A DNA stretch of 64,000 bases from Terrimicrobiaceae bacterium (GTDB lineage Bacteria > Verrucomicrobiota > Verrucomicrobiia > Chthoniobacterales > Terrimicrobiaceae): contig JBGSVZ010000038.1 in assembly GCA_041752695.1 (NCBI GenBank), positions 1 through 64,000 on the forward strand, given 5' to 3'. Shown here one piece after another: positions 47,378 to 57,400 of this stretch. Every line of letters starts with the position of its first letter. Positions within the stretch are counted from its first letter, which is position 1. The notes under the pieces are model-generated. The model did no database searches. It had not been told where the DNA came from and was given only the letters and a program-made list of their open reading frames with translations. The position numbers and the translations under genes were made by a program.

Positions 47378-49467
47378 CCTTTGCCAACCCCGCGTGGTTT
47401 TACGCGCTGCTGGTCCTGCCCGTGGTGGCGGGGCTCTACGCCTGGGCGTGGCGTCGGAGCGATGTGCTGATCGCCAAAGTTGTGGCGGTTCGTCTGCGCT
47501 CCCAGCTCGCTGGTGCGGTGAGTCGTGGACGAAGGATGTTCAAGGCCATTCTGCTGCTGGTGGTTCTTGCCCTCGTTGTTCTGGCGCTGGCCCGTCCGCA
47601 AATGGGCTTTGTCGAGCGCGAAGTGAAACAACGCGGCCGTGATATTATCATTGCGGTGGACACCTCGCGCAGCATGCTTGCGACGGACGTGACTCCGACC
47701 CGCCTAGCCCGGGCCAAATTGGTCGCGCAGGATTTGCTGAAACTGGTGCAGGGGGACCGGGTGGGGCTCATCGCCTTCGCGGGCTCAGCTTTTTTGCAGG
47801 CTCCCCTGACGCTGGATCAGGGGGCCGTCCTGACTTCTCTCGACGAACTCGACACGACGGTGATTCCCAAGGGTGGCACGAATATCGCGGCAGCCATCCG
47901 GGATGCCCAGGAGGCGTTCGGCAAGGGCGAGGGGCAAACCCGGGCCTTGGTGATTCTGACCGACGGGGAGGAACTTGATGCCGACGGGATCGCCGCGGCT
48001 AAAAAGGCGGCCGCTGAAGGTATGCGGATTTTCACGGTGGGAATTGGCTCGGGTGAGGGTTCGCTCATCCCTCTGAAGGGCAGCGACGGAAGTGCGGACT
48101 TTGTGCGCGATTCCGCCGGAAAGCCCGTGCAGAGCCGCCTCGATGAAACTCGGTTGAAGGAAATCTCCGAAGCGGGCGGGGGATTTTATGAGCCGCTGAG
48201 TCCGGACGTCGCGCGTTCGATCTTCGAGCGCGGGATTTTGCCCATGGAAATGAAGGAGACCGGGGAGATGACCTCCCGTCAGCCCATCGAGCGGTTCCAA
48301 TGGCCTCTCGGACTGGCCACCGCTTTGCTCGCGTTGTGGATGATCGTCGGGGACCGCCGGAGAAACAGGCCCGCGCCGCTCCGCAAGGTTGCGGCCACCG
48401 CCGCCGTGATGGTGCTTTCCCTGTCCGCCTCCCACGCCGCCACGGGCTACGAAGCCTACCAGTCGGGCGACTACCAGAAGGCGATGACGGACTTTCAGAC
48501 GCGCCTGCAGACCTCGCCGGAATCCACGAAGCTTCAATTCGACGCCGGAGCGGCTTCTTACAAGTTGGGAGATTTTGGCAAAGCGGTGGATCATTTTACC
48601 AAAGCGTTGCTGGCCGACGATCAGAAGCTGCGGGAGGACGCGTCTTACAACCTGGGGAATTCGCTCGTGCGCCGGGGCGAGTCCGCCGAAGGGATGGAGG
48701 AGAAGAAGGCCGATTGGAAAAACGCCATCCAGCACTACACCGAGGCGCTGAACATTCAGCCGAAAAACAAACGTGCCGAGGAGAATCGCGAGATCGTGAA
48801 AAAAATGCTCGAGGACCTGGAGAAACAGGAGGAGCAGAAGAAGCAGGACGAACAAAAGAAAGACGACAAGCAGGAACAGGACCAAAAGGACGACCAGCAG
48901 CAGGATCAGAAAGACCAGAAGGACCAAAAGGATCCGGAGAATAAGGATCAGGAAAAGGGCGATCAGAAACAGGATAAGAAGGATCAGCAGCAAAGCGAAA
49001 ACGATCAGAAGCCCGACGATCAAAAGGACAAAGAGCAGAAGGGGCAGGAGGATCAGAAAAAAGAGGAGGAAAAAAAGAAGGACGAGGAAAAGAAAGAAAA
49101 CCAGTCCCCACAGGATCAGGGCAAGGACGAGGAAAAGAAGGATGAGCCGAAAGACTCCGGTAAGGAGGGTGAAAAACAGGACCAGCAGATGGCCGACAAT
49201 AAACCCAACGAGGCCGGCAAGGATGAAATGCAGCCCGCCCCCCAGCCGACCCCCGGAGAGAAGAAGGAAGGTGATTTGAAAGCCAACCAGGAACCCCAGC
49301 CTGCGTCCCAGGGCGGCGAGCAAGAGGCGGAAGCCGAGGCGGCAGAGAAAGAGGGTGAAATGAGCCCTGCCCAAGCCCGCAGCTTGCTGAATTCCCTGCG
49401 CGGCGAGGAAGAACGTGTTCGCTTAATGCAGAGACAGGAAAACGAAGATACTTTGAAGGATTGGTAA
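47359..49467 (+). CDS. batB: BatB-BatC fusion (VWA + TPR + Q/D/E/K low-complexity region)
   Basis: DTSRSM, GGTNI, LTDGE; TPR YNLGN; C-terminal QARSLL...KDW. Confidence 0.88.
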   Translation: METSSLTFANPAWFYALLVLPVVAGLYAWAWRRSDVLIAKVVAVRLRSQLAGAVSRGRRMFKAILLLVVLALVVLALARPQMGFVEREVKQRGRDIIIAVDTSRSMLATDVTPTRLARAKLVAQDLLKLVQGDRVGLIAFAGSAFLQAPLTLDQGAVLTSLDELDTTVIPKGGTNIAAAIRDAQEAFGKGEGQTRALVILTDGEELDADGIAAAKKAAAEGMRIFTVGIGSGEGSLIPLKGSDGSADFVRDSAGKPVQSRLDETRLKEISEAGGGFYEPLSPDVARSIFERGILPMEMKETGEMTSRQPIERFQWPLGLATALLALWMIVGDRRRNRPAPLRKVAATAAVMVLSLSASHAATGYEAYQSGDYQKAMTDFQTRLQTSPESTKLQFDAGAASYKLGDFGKAVDHFTKALLADDQKLREDASYNLGNSLVRRGESAEGMEEKKADWKNAIQHYTEALNIQPKNKRAEENREIVKKMLEDLEKQEEQKKQDEQKKDDKQEQDQKDDQQQDQKDQKDQKDPENKDQEKGDQKQDKKDQQQSENDQKPDDQKDKEQKGQEDQKKEEEKKKDEEKKENQSPQDQGKDEEKKDEPKDSGKEGEKQDQQMADNKPNEAGKDEMQPAPQPTPGEKKEGDLKANQEPQPASQGGEQEAEAEAAEKEGEMSPAQARSLLNSLRGEEERVRLMQRQENEDTLKDW

Positions 49468-51311
49468 TGAATTCACTCATCAAATATGCAGGAGCGGCCA
49501 TGGTGTTTGTTGCGTGCGCGACAGCGTCGCTGCGGGCCCAGCAGGTGCAGGCCGCTTTGGCTCAGGACACCGTCGGCGTCGGCCAGCCGGTGCAACTTAA
49601 TATCTCCATCACTGGAGGCAGTGGCGTCCAACTTCCCGAGCGCATCAATGTGGAGGGTCTGGATATCCGGCGCGCGGGACAATCCGAGCAAACCCAGGTG
49701 ACCATGGCCAATGGTCAGCTCAATGCGGTGACTTCGGCCGTGTACACGTATTTGATTATCCCGATCAAGGCGGGAACCTTCACCATTCCTGCCATGTCGA
49801 TTCGGGTAGGTGGGAAGGAGTTAAAAACCCAGGACCTGACCCTCACGGTGAGCGGAACTCCCGGTGGACGTTTGGGCAATGTCCCCGTGCGCCCCGCCAT
49901 ACCCGTGCCCCAAAGCCAGCAGCGTCAGGCCCCAGGACAGCCCCAGGTGACCGCGCCCAGCCGTCCGCAAACTCTCACCGAGGATCAGCTTGCCTTCGGG
50001 GATCTCGTCATTCCGCGGAAGACGGTTTATGTCGGAGAAGTCGTTCCCGTGGAAGTTCGCTTCTTTTTCGGCGTGCCCGGAAAGACGCTTCAGGAAAAAC
50101 CGAATTTTTCCGGCGATGGATTTACCGTCTCGTCGTTTGGCGAGCCCGTCCGCCGCGAGCAGGAGATCAATGGTCGGGTTTACCAGGTGTTGGTTTATCA
50201 AACGGCCATTACTCCGGTGAAAGCGGGGACGCTGGAAATTCCTCCAGCCGAGCTCCCGGCCCGCCTTCAAGTGGCCACCAGTCGTCGCGCCGATGACATG
50301 TTTGGCGGTCTTTTTGGTTCGATGGGCGATTTTCGGGATGTGCCGGTGAAAACCGAGGCTGCCACGCTCGAAGTCAAGGCCCTGCCTAAGGAGGGCCGGC
50401 CTCCCGAGTTTGCCGGGGCGATCGGCCAGTTTTCCATTGAGGCCTCCGCCAGTCCCAAAAAAGCCGCGGCGGGTGACACCATTTCCCTCAACGTCACCGT
50501 GGCCGGACGCGGAAATTTCGATGCGATGGGGCCTCCGGTGCTGACGGAGTCCGAGGGGTGGCGGACCTATCCTCCAGGGGAAAAATTCACTCCAAGCCCG
50601 AGCGATCCCATCGGGTTTAACGGCGAGAAGGCCTATGAATATATGATCCTCGCCCGCGAGGACCGCACGGCTACTCCGGTGGCGGAGTTCAGTTATTTCG
50701 ATCCTTCCCTGGAAAAATACGTCACCCTGAAGACTGCTCCCATTGCAGTGGATGCCAAAGGGGGAGCCGCTCCGCCCGCCACGCCTCCGGCCATTGCCGT
50801 GGCTGCGTCGGCCACACCATCGGCGACTCCCTCAGCGGAGCCGACCGCCGAGCCCGAGCAAAGTGTGCTGGTTCGAAATTTTTCCCCCGCCACGTTCCGA
50901 CCATTCGTGGAAGATCCGATTTTTCTAATGGTGAACGGAGCGCTCGCCGTCAGTTGGGTCCTCCTCCTGCTCTTCGGAGTCGGTCGGGTGATTTCGGGAT
51001 CGAAATCAGCCCGTGAAGCCGCAACCCGCAAAGAGGCGAGAAAGCTTCTGCACAAGATGCAATCCGCGGCCTGTCCTCCCGAAGAATTCTATCAACTCGC
51101 CGCGGATTTCGTGGCGGCCCGTCTCGCTTCGCACAGCCGCGATGCCCTGGAGGCCGCTCCGTTGGGTTCCGAGACCAAAGCCGCGGTGGCGGCCATTCTC
51201 GATACCCATGACGAGATGAAGTATTCCACCGCCGGGACTTTTCAATTGCCTGTGGAAGACCGCCGCCGGGTGGTGGCCCAGCTCAAATCCTTCGATGATG
51301 AACTCCGCTAA
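49467..51311 (+). CDS. batD: BatD family protein
   Basis: Signal peptide, GTFTIPA, VYVGE, FAGAIGQF, FSYFDP; TAATG coupling. Confidence 0.85.
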   Translation: MNSLIKYAGAAMVFVACATASLRAQQVQAALAQDTVGVGQPVQLNISITGGSGVQLPERINVEGLDIRRAGQSEQTQVTMANGQLNAVTSAVYTYLIIPIKAGTFTIPAMSIRVGGKELKTQDLTLTVSGTPGGRLGNVPVRPAIPVPQSQQRQAPGQPQVTAPSRPQTLTEDQLAFGDLVIPRKTVYVGEVVPVEVRFFFGVPGKTLQEKPNFSGDGFTVSSFGEPVRREQEINGRVYQVLVYQTAITPVKAGTLEIPPAELPARLQVATSRRADDMFGGLFGSMGDFRDVPVKTEAATLEVKALPKEGRPPEFAGAIGQFSIEASASPKKAAAGDTISLNVTVAGRGNFDAMGPPVLTESEGWRTYPPGEKFTPSPSDPIGFNGEKAYEYMILAREDRTATPVAEFSYFDPSLEKYVTLKTAPIAVDAKGGAAPPATPPAIAVAASATPSATPSAEPTAEPEQSVLVRNFSPATFRPFVEDPIFLMVNGALAVSWVLLLLFGVGRVISGSKSAREAATRKEARKLLHKMQSAACPPEEFYQLAADFVAARLASHSRDALEAAPLGSETKAAVAAILDTHDEMKYSTAGTFQLPVEDRRRVVAQLKSFDDELR

Positions 51312-51312
51312 G

Positions 51313-52140
51313 ATGATGACTTTTCCAGAAATTCAGAACGGGCTTCCCTTGCCTGCGAAGAAGGGCATGTCTTTTCCCGCCGTGAGGAGCCTCATGCTCA
51401 TGCCGTTGGTGGCCTTCGCCCTGATTGCCTCTACGTGGCTCTCGTTCGGCGACGCCTTGTCGGATGCCGATGCCGCTTTTGTCGCGGGTGACTATCCCGC
51501 GGCGATGCGTGCTTATGAATCTGCGCTTTCGGCGCAAGGGCCGAGCGCGGGGTTGTATTACAATCTGGCGATGACCCAATTGCGCCAGAACCAGCCCGCC
51601 GAGGCTGCCCTGAGTCTTCGCCGCGCTATCATGCTGGACCCGCGCCGCAGCGACGCCCGTGTGGCCCTGTCCGATCTCGAACGCTCGCAAGGCATCGCCC
51701 CCGAACCCTCAGCCTGGACGGCGCGTTGGAGACAGATTTTGGCGGAAAAAGTTTCCCTGACCGCTCTGACCATTATCGGCAGCGTGCTGGCCTGGGTGGG
51801 AGCGTTCTGGCTGCTTTGGGTCGTTTTTCGGAAGGGGCGAAAATTTTGGCCTGTGACGATCGCCCTCGTCCTACTTTGCGTCGGCAAGGCCATCTTTATC
51901 GCGGCTTATCTGGCGGATCCCCGGGTTTCCGAGCGGGATGCTGCCGTGGTCCTGGCAGGCAGCGGTGTTTCGCTTCTGGCGGCACCCGCCGACCAATCCG
52001 CGGTTGTGCTGAAGGTTCCTGCGGGGGCCAATCTCTATGTTCATCGTCGCAGCGGGGACTGGTCGTATTGCGAAACTCCCACGGGTGAGAAAGGATGGAC
52101 ATCCACCAAGTCCATCGAGTGCGTAGTGCCTACGGCATGA
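51313..52140 (+). CDS. batE: BatE-like TPR/SH3 protein
   Basis: AGDYPAA..Y, LYYNLA, two TM, C-terminal GEKGW; start uncertain (51295-51367). Confidence 0.75.
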   Translation: MMTFPEIQNGLPLPAKKGMSFPAVRSLMLMPLVAFALIASTWLSFGDALSDADAAFVAGDYPAAMRAYESALSAQGPSAGLYYNLAMTQLRQNQPAEAALSLRRAIMLDPRRSDARVALSDLERSQGIAPEPSAWTARWRQILAEKVSLTALTIIGSVLAWVGAFWLLWVVFRKGRKFWPVTIALVLLCVGKAIFIAAYLADPRVSERDAAVVLAGSGVSLLAAPADQSAVVLKVPAGANLYVHRRSGDWSYCETPTGEKGWTSTKSIECVVPTA

Positions 52141-52931
52141 AGTTCCCTATTCTCCTCCTTCTGGCAACGATCTCGTTTTGCCCGGCGGAGGAGACCTGGC
52201 GCACCCGGGTGCAACCGGAGCAAGCTGGGACTTTTCCGGCGGTCCGTCCGTTTCGGGGGGAGTTTCGTTTTGGATGGTCCAACCTTCTGGAGGCCGCCCG
52301 CGCCCGGGCGAAACTCAGCTATGAAGGAAACACCGCCGTCATCGAAGTCGAAGGGGGCACGCGGGGACTGGCCCGCACGCTCTGGAGGATGGACGCTCGG
52401 CACCGGGCCGTTTCCCGCCTTCCCAACTACCTTCCGGTGACATTTTCCCAGACCGAAACCTACGCGAAAAAGAAGGTCGTGAGCGAGGCGGTGACCAAGC
52501 CGGACGGCCTGTGGTACATTCGGCGCGTCGAAACCGACCCCCAAAACAAACCCCGCTGGAAACGGGTGAAAGTCGAACCCGTGCGGGACATCGTCTCCGG
52601 CATGCTTTTCATGCGCACTCTTCCGCTCAGGGACAAGGACCGGGTCGGCCTGCTGGCTTTTCCCGGGGACTCGCCCTTTTTGTGCGAAGTCGAAGTGGAA
52701 AAACGCGAAACGCTCAAAGTTGGGGGCAAGACTTTGCGGGCAATTAAAATGAATTTTCAACTCCAGCGCGTGGATACGAAACAGGACAATGTGCTCGTTG
52801 CGCATGAAAAGTTCCGCACGGGCACAGTGTGGGTTTCGGACGATGAAAATCGCGTTCCGCTGCGCGCCGAGGTGGAAATTTTTGTCGGGTATGTCTTTGG
52901 CGAACTGACCGCGATCAGTTATCAAAACTGA
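52137..52931 (+). CDS. DUF3108-like exported protein
   Basis: Signal peptide; VWVSDDENRVPLR...FVG.V..EL; ATGA overlap. Confidence 0.75.
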   Translation: MKFPILLLLATISFCPAEETWRTRVQPEQAGTFPAVRPFRGEFRFGWSNLLEAARARAKLSYEGNTAVIEVEGGTRGLARTLWRMDARHRAVSRLPNYLPVTFSQTETYAKKKVVSEAVTKPDGLWYIRRVETDPQNKPRWKRVKVEPVRDIVSGMLFMRTLPLRDKDRVGLLAFPGDSPFLCEVEVEKRETLKVGGKTLRAIKMNFQLQRVDTKQDNVLVAHEKFRTGTVWVSDDENRVPLRAEVEIFVGYVFGELTAISYQN

Positions 52932-53006
52932 GTTCGTGGCGGGGCTTTGCATCCGGGGTGAAAATTCGCACTCGATTTGAACCGCCGCGCGTCCCATACT
53001 CTGCCC

Positions 53007-53651
53007 ATGACATTTTCCACTCGGATGACCCGGAGCCAACTTTTTGTGGTAGCTGGGCTGATTTTTGCGGTCGCGATTTTCCGGATTCTCCGTGCGACCT
53101 GGTTGCCCGAACTGCCGAATTTTTCCCCGGTAATGGCGCTGGCGTTTTGCGGAGGCCTCTTTTTGCCCGGGGTTTTCGCCTGGCTGCTGCCGATGGCGGC
53201 GATTTTGGTTTCGGATATGGGATTGGCCCTCGCCCATGGCTATCCGGTGTTTGGTTCCTGGCAGATTGTCAGCCTGCTTTGCCTGGCGGTCGCGGTGGGA
53301 GCCGGACGCTGGCTGGCCCGGCGGGAGACGTTCGGTTTGGGTGCTTTCGTGGGTCTGCTGCTCGCCAGTAGCGTGGGATTTTATCTCGTCGCCAATGCCG
53401 GAGCATGGTTGGTCGAGCCAATCTATCCCCGGACGGTTGCCGGTTTTATCCAGGCGCAAACGACCGGTCTGCCGGGCTTCCCTCCGTCGTGGATGTTTTT
53501 GCGGAATGCCTGGATTTCCGACCTGCTATTCGGAGGGATGATCCTGGGAGTCCGCTCTCTGGCGCGCCGCTCAGACGTCGAGTTCGCGCAGCCGCTCAAT
53601 GTCGAGGTGGGAAATCACCCGCGTCCGACCGCTGGCGTCCAAAAGGCGTAA
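53007..53651 (+). CDS. DUF6580-like putative vitamin transporter (S-component-like)
   Basis: PNFSPVMALA, FYLVAN, GLP..F.RN...DLLF; multiple TM. Confidence 0.7.
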   Translation: MTFSTRMTRSQLFVVAGLIFAVAIFRILRATWLPELPNFSPVMALAFCGGLFLPGVFAWLLPMAAILVSDMGLALAHGYPVFGSWQIVSLLCLAVAVGAGRWLARRETFGLGAFVGLLLASSVGFYLVANAGAWLVEPIYPRTVAGFIQAQTTGLPGFPPSWMFLRNAWISDLLFGGMILGVRSLARRSDVEFAQPLNVEVGNHPRPTAGVQKA

Positions 53652-54329
53652 ATCGCCCACCGGATCCAGTCCGGCAAAATTGCCCCGCAGCGCCTCCCGG
53701 CCGCGCAGTTCCAATTCGATGGGACGCTGGTCGGTCCAGTCGGCGTTGAGTTTTTTGATGACCGATGGGAGCCCTCCTTCCTTCATCGCCGCGTGCGCCT
53801 CGGCAAAAGCATCGAGCAGGAGGATGCACAGATCGTCGAGTTCCGGCGGGGAGGGGAGTTGGTCGGCCAGGCGGGTTGCGACCAATGAGGAATCGGTCTG
53901 CCAGGGCGCATTGGTGACATTGACGCCGATCCCAATAATAAGTCGCTCGGGATCGGGTTGTTCAATGAGGAGGCCGGCCAGCTTGCGCGGACCAACCAAA
54001 AGATCGTTCGGCCAACGCAAGCGGGCAGCCCGCACGCCAAGATCGCGGATCGCGCCCAAGGCATGCCAGCCCGCCGCCAACGAGAACCCGGTCCAGCGCG
54101 CTGGACCGCCCTCCGCGGGCAGCACGGCGGAAAGCCAGAGACCCCCGGGATCGGAAACAAATCTGCGCCCGAAACGTCCGCGTCCTCCCGTCTGACGATC
54201 CGCCCGCACCGCGTGCCAGCCGGGCAATTGACGTGCCAGATCATTCGTTGACCCCGCTGTCTCATAGACGCTGAGCCTCCAGCCCGCGTTTCCGACGCAG
54301 GCAATGTATTCACGAGGTTGATTGGTCAC
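53571..54329 (-). CDS. birA: Biotin--[acetyl-CoA carboxylase] ligase (no HTH)
   Basis: STND, QTGGRGRFGR, RWPND, KLAGLL, GIGVNV; start uncertain. Confidence 0.88.
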   Translation of the reverse strand: MTNQPREYIACVGNAGWRLSVYETAGSTNDLARQLPGWHAVRADRQTGGRGRFGRRFVSDPGGLWLSAVLPAEGGPARWTGFSLAAGWHALGAIRDLGVRAARLRWPNDLLVGPRKLAGLLIEQPDPERLIIGIGVNVTNAPWQTDSSLVATRLADQLPSPPELDDLCILLLDAFAEAHAAMKEGGLPSVIKKLNADWTDQRPIELELRGREALRGNFAGLDPVGDLRLLDASGRTRVISHLDIERLRELDV

Positions 54330-54431
54330 CTCCCGGATTTCGCCTGCGAACCCGTGGAAAGTCGCGCACAAAATTTTCTGATGAGGCAAGGCAATGAAGA
54401 CCGGCCAATTCGCTCAAGAACTCCGTCTGAG

Positions 54432-57149
54432 TTAAACAGGTTTCGCTTCACCGGAAACATCCGATGCCTTAGGGTAGCCGGCTCGTCCTGGCCGGCTGGG
54501 TTTCAGGTCCCATAGGGTAAGCCCCCGCAACTCCTTCGGCTGTCCGGGTAAAACAAAACTGGCGAGATAACCAGCGATCACGCAACTCAGGGTGATTAAT
54601 GCGCCTAGACCGGCATAATGAATGGGTACCTCGGTGGTTTGCAGAAAATAGGCCACCGCAAAGGAAACGACCACACCAAAAAAAGCTCCGGCCTGATTGG
54701 TCCGCCGCGTCAGCATTCCCAAGATAAAGACCCCACCGAATCCTCCGCCGACCAAAGCCATCAGCCGCTGGAACGTTTCCCACAAGGTCGGAAGAGGCGC
54801 GACCAATAGCCAAAGCGCGATCCCGGTTCCGACCAATCCCGTAAGCAAGGTCGTCACTTGCATGACCCTCAGAATTTCCCGTGCCGTGGCCTTGGGACGG
54901 ATCAAACGGTAAAAGTCCTCTGCCACCAGCACGGAGCAACTGTTCACGCTCGAGGAGATCGTGGACATGGAGGCCGCAAACAGGGTCGCCAACAACAAAC
55001 CCGCGAGCACCGGGGGAGCCTTGCTCACTAAAAAAATCGGAACCATCTGATCATTTTTCATCACCGGGCTCAGCAGTTCGGGATTTGTTTTGAAAAAAGC
55101 AAAGAGCAGAATACCCACCGCCCCGGAAACCAGAGCCACCAACACCGCGCAGGCACCCGTCATAAAGGCAAACTTTCGGACATCGCTTAAGGGGGTGGCC
55201 AACACCCGCTGAGCCGTGGCCTGGTCGCTGGCAAACGCCAGTAATCCGAGGAGAAAACCCAGGACAGTGAACCAAATCATGGCCAGGGTGGGATCAAACT
55301 TCGTGATGGCTAGAGTGAACTTTTCCATCTCCTGACCCATCTCCCAAACCGTTGACCAACCGCCAGGAATATTGAGCCACGCCAGACCTCCAATGCAAAG
55401 AAAGCCCGCCAGCATGAGGATTCCCTGAAACACATCGGTCCACACCACCGCCTCAAATCCTCCGGCCGCTGAGTAAAGCGTCGTCAAGATTCCCATCGCC
55501 AGGACCGAGTAGAACGGATTAATCCCCGTCATCGAGGAGATGGCCAGCGCAGGTAACATTACCACCACACCGATGCGGCCTATCACCTGAACCAGGATTC
55601 CATTAAAACTCCCAAATAACCGCAGTCCCCGCCCAAATCGCCTCTCCAGATATTCATAGACCGAAGTCAGCTCAAGCCGCCGTAGCATTGGCATGGTGAG
55701 GTAGGCGGAAATAAACACCCCGGGGATAATGAATAATGCCGGAAAAGTATGGACCAGACTGGTGCAGGCGATCAACGCGGGAATCGCCATGAAGCTAATG
55801 GTGCTTACTCCGGTCGCCGTGCTGGAAATGGCGGCGGCCCACCATTTGACTTTGCGTCCCCCCAGCGCGTAGCCCTCGGCGTCTTGTTCCCGCCGACTGA
55901 ACCAAAACCCGATGAGCGCCGTCACGCCAAAGTAGATGGCAATGACCGTCCAGTCCGGCCAGCCGAGCTGCCGGATCGCTTGCGGAAAGTGCAAGGTGAC
56001 AGCATCCTCAATGGATCCATCCGCGCCCCATCCGCCGGCCCGGAGGAGATGTTCCGGCGACATTGGAATGGCGGCGCCCCCGGCCATTGGCTCGGGCAAA
56101 ACGCCCGCCCGTACCCAGGTGTCCGTTGGCGCATGAAAACTCAACACCTGATCACTAAGTCTTTGCGGGAAACTTCCCGCCAGCCAATCTTCCAGACTCC
56201 CTCCCGCCAGATTCCCGCCAAGTATCAATAAATGTGCCTGGCCACTTTTCACCACCGCCGCTTCTGCCAGTCCCTCGGGTAGATCGGCCCGGCGTCGCCA
56301 GCCCGCTTCTTGCTGGCCATCCCGCGCCGTGCGGGCGAATGCCCAAGTGCCCCGCTGGGGAAGCAAGTGCCCGTCCCGCAGCAGATATCCACCTGTCACA
56401 ACAATCTCGTTGTAGGTTTCCATCGCCAGCGGCGCGACCAGGGGTCCACCCGGCAGGTCATCGAGCCGCCGCCATGCTGCGGGCCGACCCAATTCCAATT
56501 CGTAGACCGCTGCTGAAGCTCCGGGTTTGCCATCGGCCTTTGTGCTGACGAGCCCACCCATCACGGTGAGATAATATCGCAATCCACTGCGATGCACCGC
56601 AAGCCCGGGCGCCAAAAGGGGCTCGGGTAGGTCAGGCAGCGGCTCCTCGCTCCAGGTTCGCCCATTCCAAGCGACCTCCCGCACCTGTCGAGACAGTGTC
56701 AGCCCGCCGGGCCCCTCCTTGCCGCCCCCCACCAAGTAAAGTTTCCCGGCGTGAACGGCCGCACCAGCCCAGGCCACGGGCTCCTGCAAATTCCCGTCCC
56801 GCAACTCCCATCGTCCCCCTGAACTTTTCTCAAACAAACGCACTCGGTCTGCGAGAGGACGTTCTCCGGATGTCCTGCCGCCAATGCGGAAAAACCGATT
56901 GTCGCCTGCCGCTTCGATCTGCCGAGTAGAAAGTTCTGCCCCTTCAGGTTTCGGCTCTTCGAAAAAGACCGCTCTTTTCACATTCGCCATTCCCTGCACG
57001 CCCCTGCCTGCGCTGCCGGCAGCGGCTTCTGTCTGATTTTCGGCCATCATTACGCTCCGCCCTCCGATCAGGGCTACGAGACACAACGCAGCCCGCCCGC
57101 TTGATAGGCGTACGCGACGAAGACACTTTATGCGGCGGGGGTCTTTCAT
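54432..57149 (-). CDS. Sodium:solute symporter fused to an N-terminal Kelch beta-propeller
   Basis: Kelch GG/W repeats then SSS (SVYEYLERRF, AVVWTD, DQATAQR, FAASMSTISS); start uncertain. Confidence 0.85.
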   Translation of the reverse strand: MKDPRRIKCLRRVRLSSGRAALCLVALIGGRSVMMAENQTEAAAGSAGRGVQGMANVKRAVFFEEPKPEGAELSTRQIEAAGDNRFFRIGGRTSGERPLADRVRLFEKSSGGRWELRDGNLQEPVAWAGAAVHAGKLYLVGGGKEGPGGLTLSRQVREVAWNGRTWSEEPLPDLPEPLLAPGLAVHRSGLRYYLTVMGGLVSTKADGKPGASAAVYELELGRPAAWRRLDDLPGGPLVAPLAMETYNEIVVTGGYLLRDGHLLPQRGTWAFARTARDGQQEAGWRRRADLPEGLAEAAVVKSGQAHLLILGGNLAGGSLEDWLAGSFPQRLSDQVLSFHAPTDTWVRAGVLPEPMAGGAAIPMSPEHLLRAGGWGADGSIEDAVTLHFPQAIRQLGWPDWTVIAIYFGVTALIGFWFSRREQDAEGYALGGRKVKWWAAAISSTATGVSTISFMAIPALIACTSLVHTFPALFIIPGVFISAYLTMPMLRRLELTSVYEYLERRFGRGLRLFGSFNGILVQVIGRIGVVVMLPALAISSMTGINPFYSVLAMGILTTLYSAAGGFEAVVWTDVFQGILMLAGFLCIGGLAWLNIPGGWSTVWEMGQEMEKFTLAITKFDPTLAMIWFTVLGFLLGLLAFASDQATAQRVLATPLSDVRKFAFMTGACAVLVALVSGAVGILLFAFFKTNPELLSPVMKNDQMVPIFLVSKAPPVLAGLLLATLFAASMSTISSSVNSCSVLVAEDFYRLIRPKATAREILRVMQVTTLLTGLVGTGIALWLLVAPLPTLWETFQRLMALVGGGFGGVFILGMLTRRTNQAGAFFGVVVSFAVAYFLQTTEVPIHYAGLGALITLSCVIAGYLASFVLPGQPKELRGLTLWDLKPSRPGRAGYPKASDVSGEAKPV

Positions 57150-57196
57150 TGGGGGTGGCAGTGAAACTATGCGATTCCTAGCGGGTAGCAATAGGA

Positions 57197-57237
57197 AACA
57201 AAAAAGCGCAAAACGATACAAGAACGCGCTTTTTGTT
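57197..57237. promoter_or_regulatory. Inverted repeat in divergent promoter region
   Basis: AACAAAAAAGCGC-N16-GCGCTTTTTGTT. Confidence 0.45.
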
Positions 57238-57400
57238 GCTGCGGGTAGGACGGAGAACGGAGAAAAAAGGGCGGAAAAACAGTGCAGGGCAAGAGAAGGG
57301 GAGATGATCACGCCGTTGGGCTGTTCCCGATCTTCACCCGCCGTATTCTGCATCCTTTTTTTGAAGTTGCTTTGCTTTGGCAGACGGCAAAACTCCCGCG

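Noticed and set aside
47785..49374. 529-aa very hydrophobic minus-strand ORF
   Set aside because: Reverse complement of the Q/D/K/E low-complexity region of the BatB-BatC fusion.
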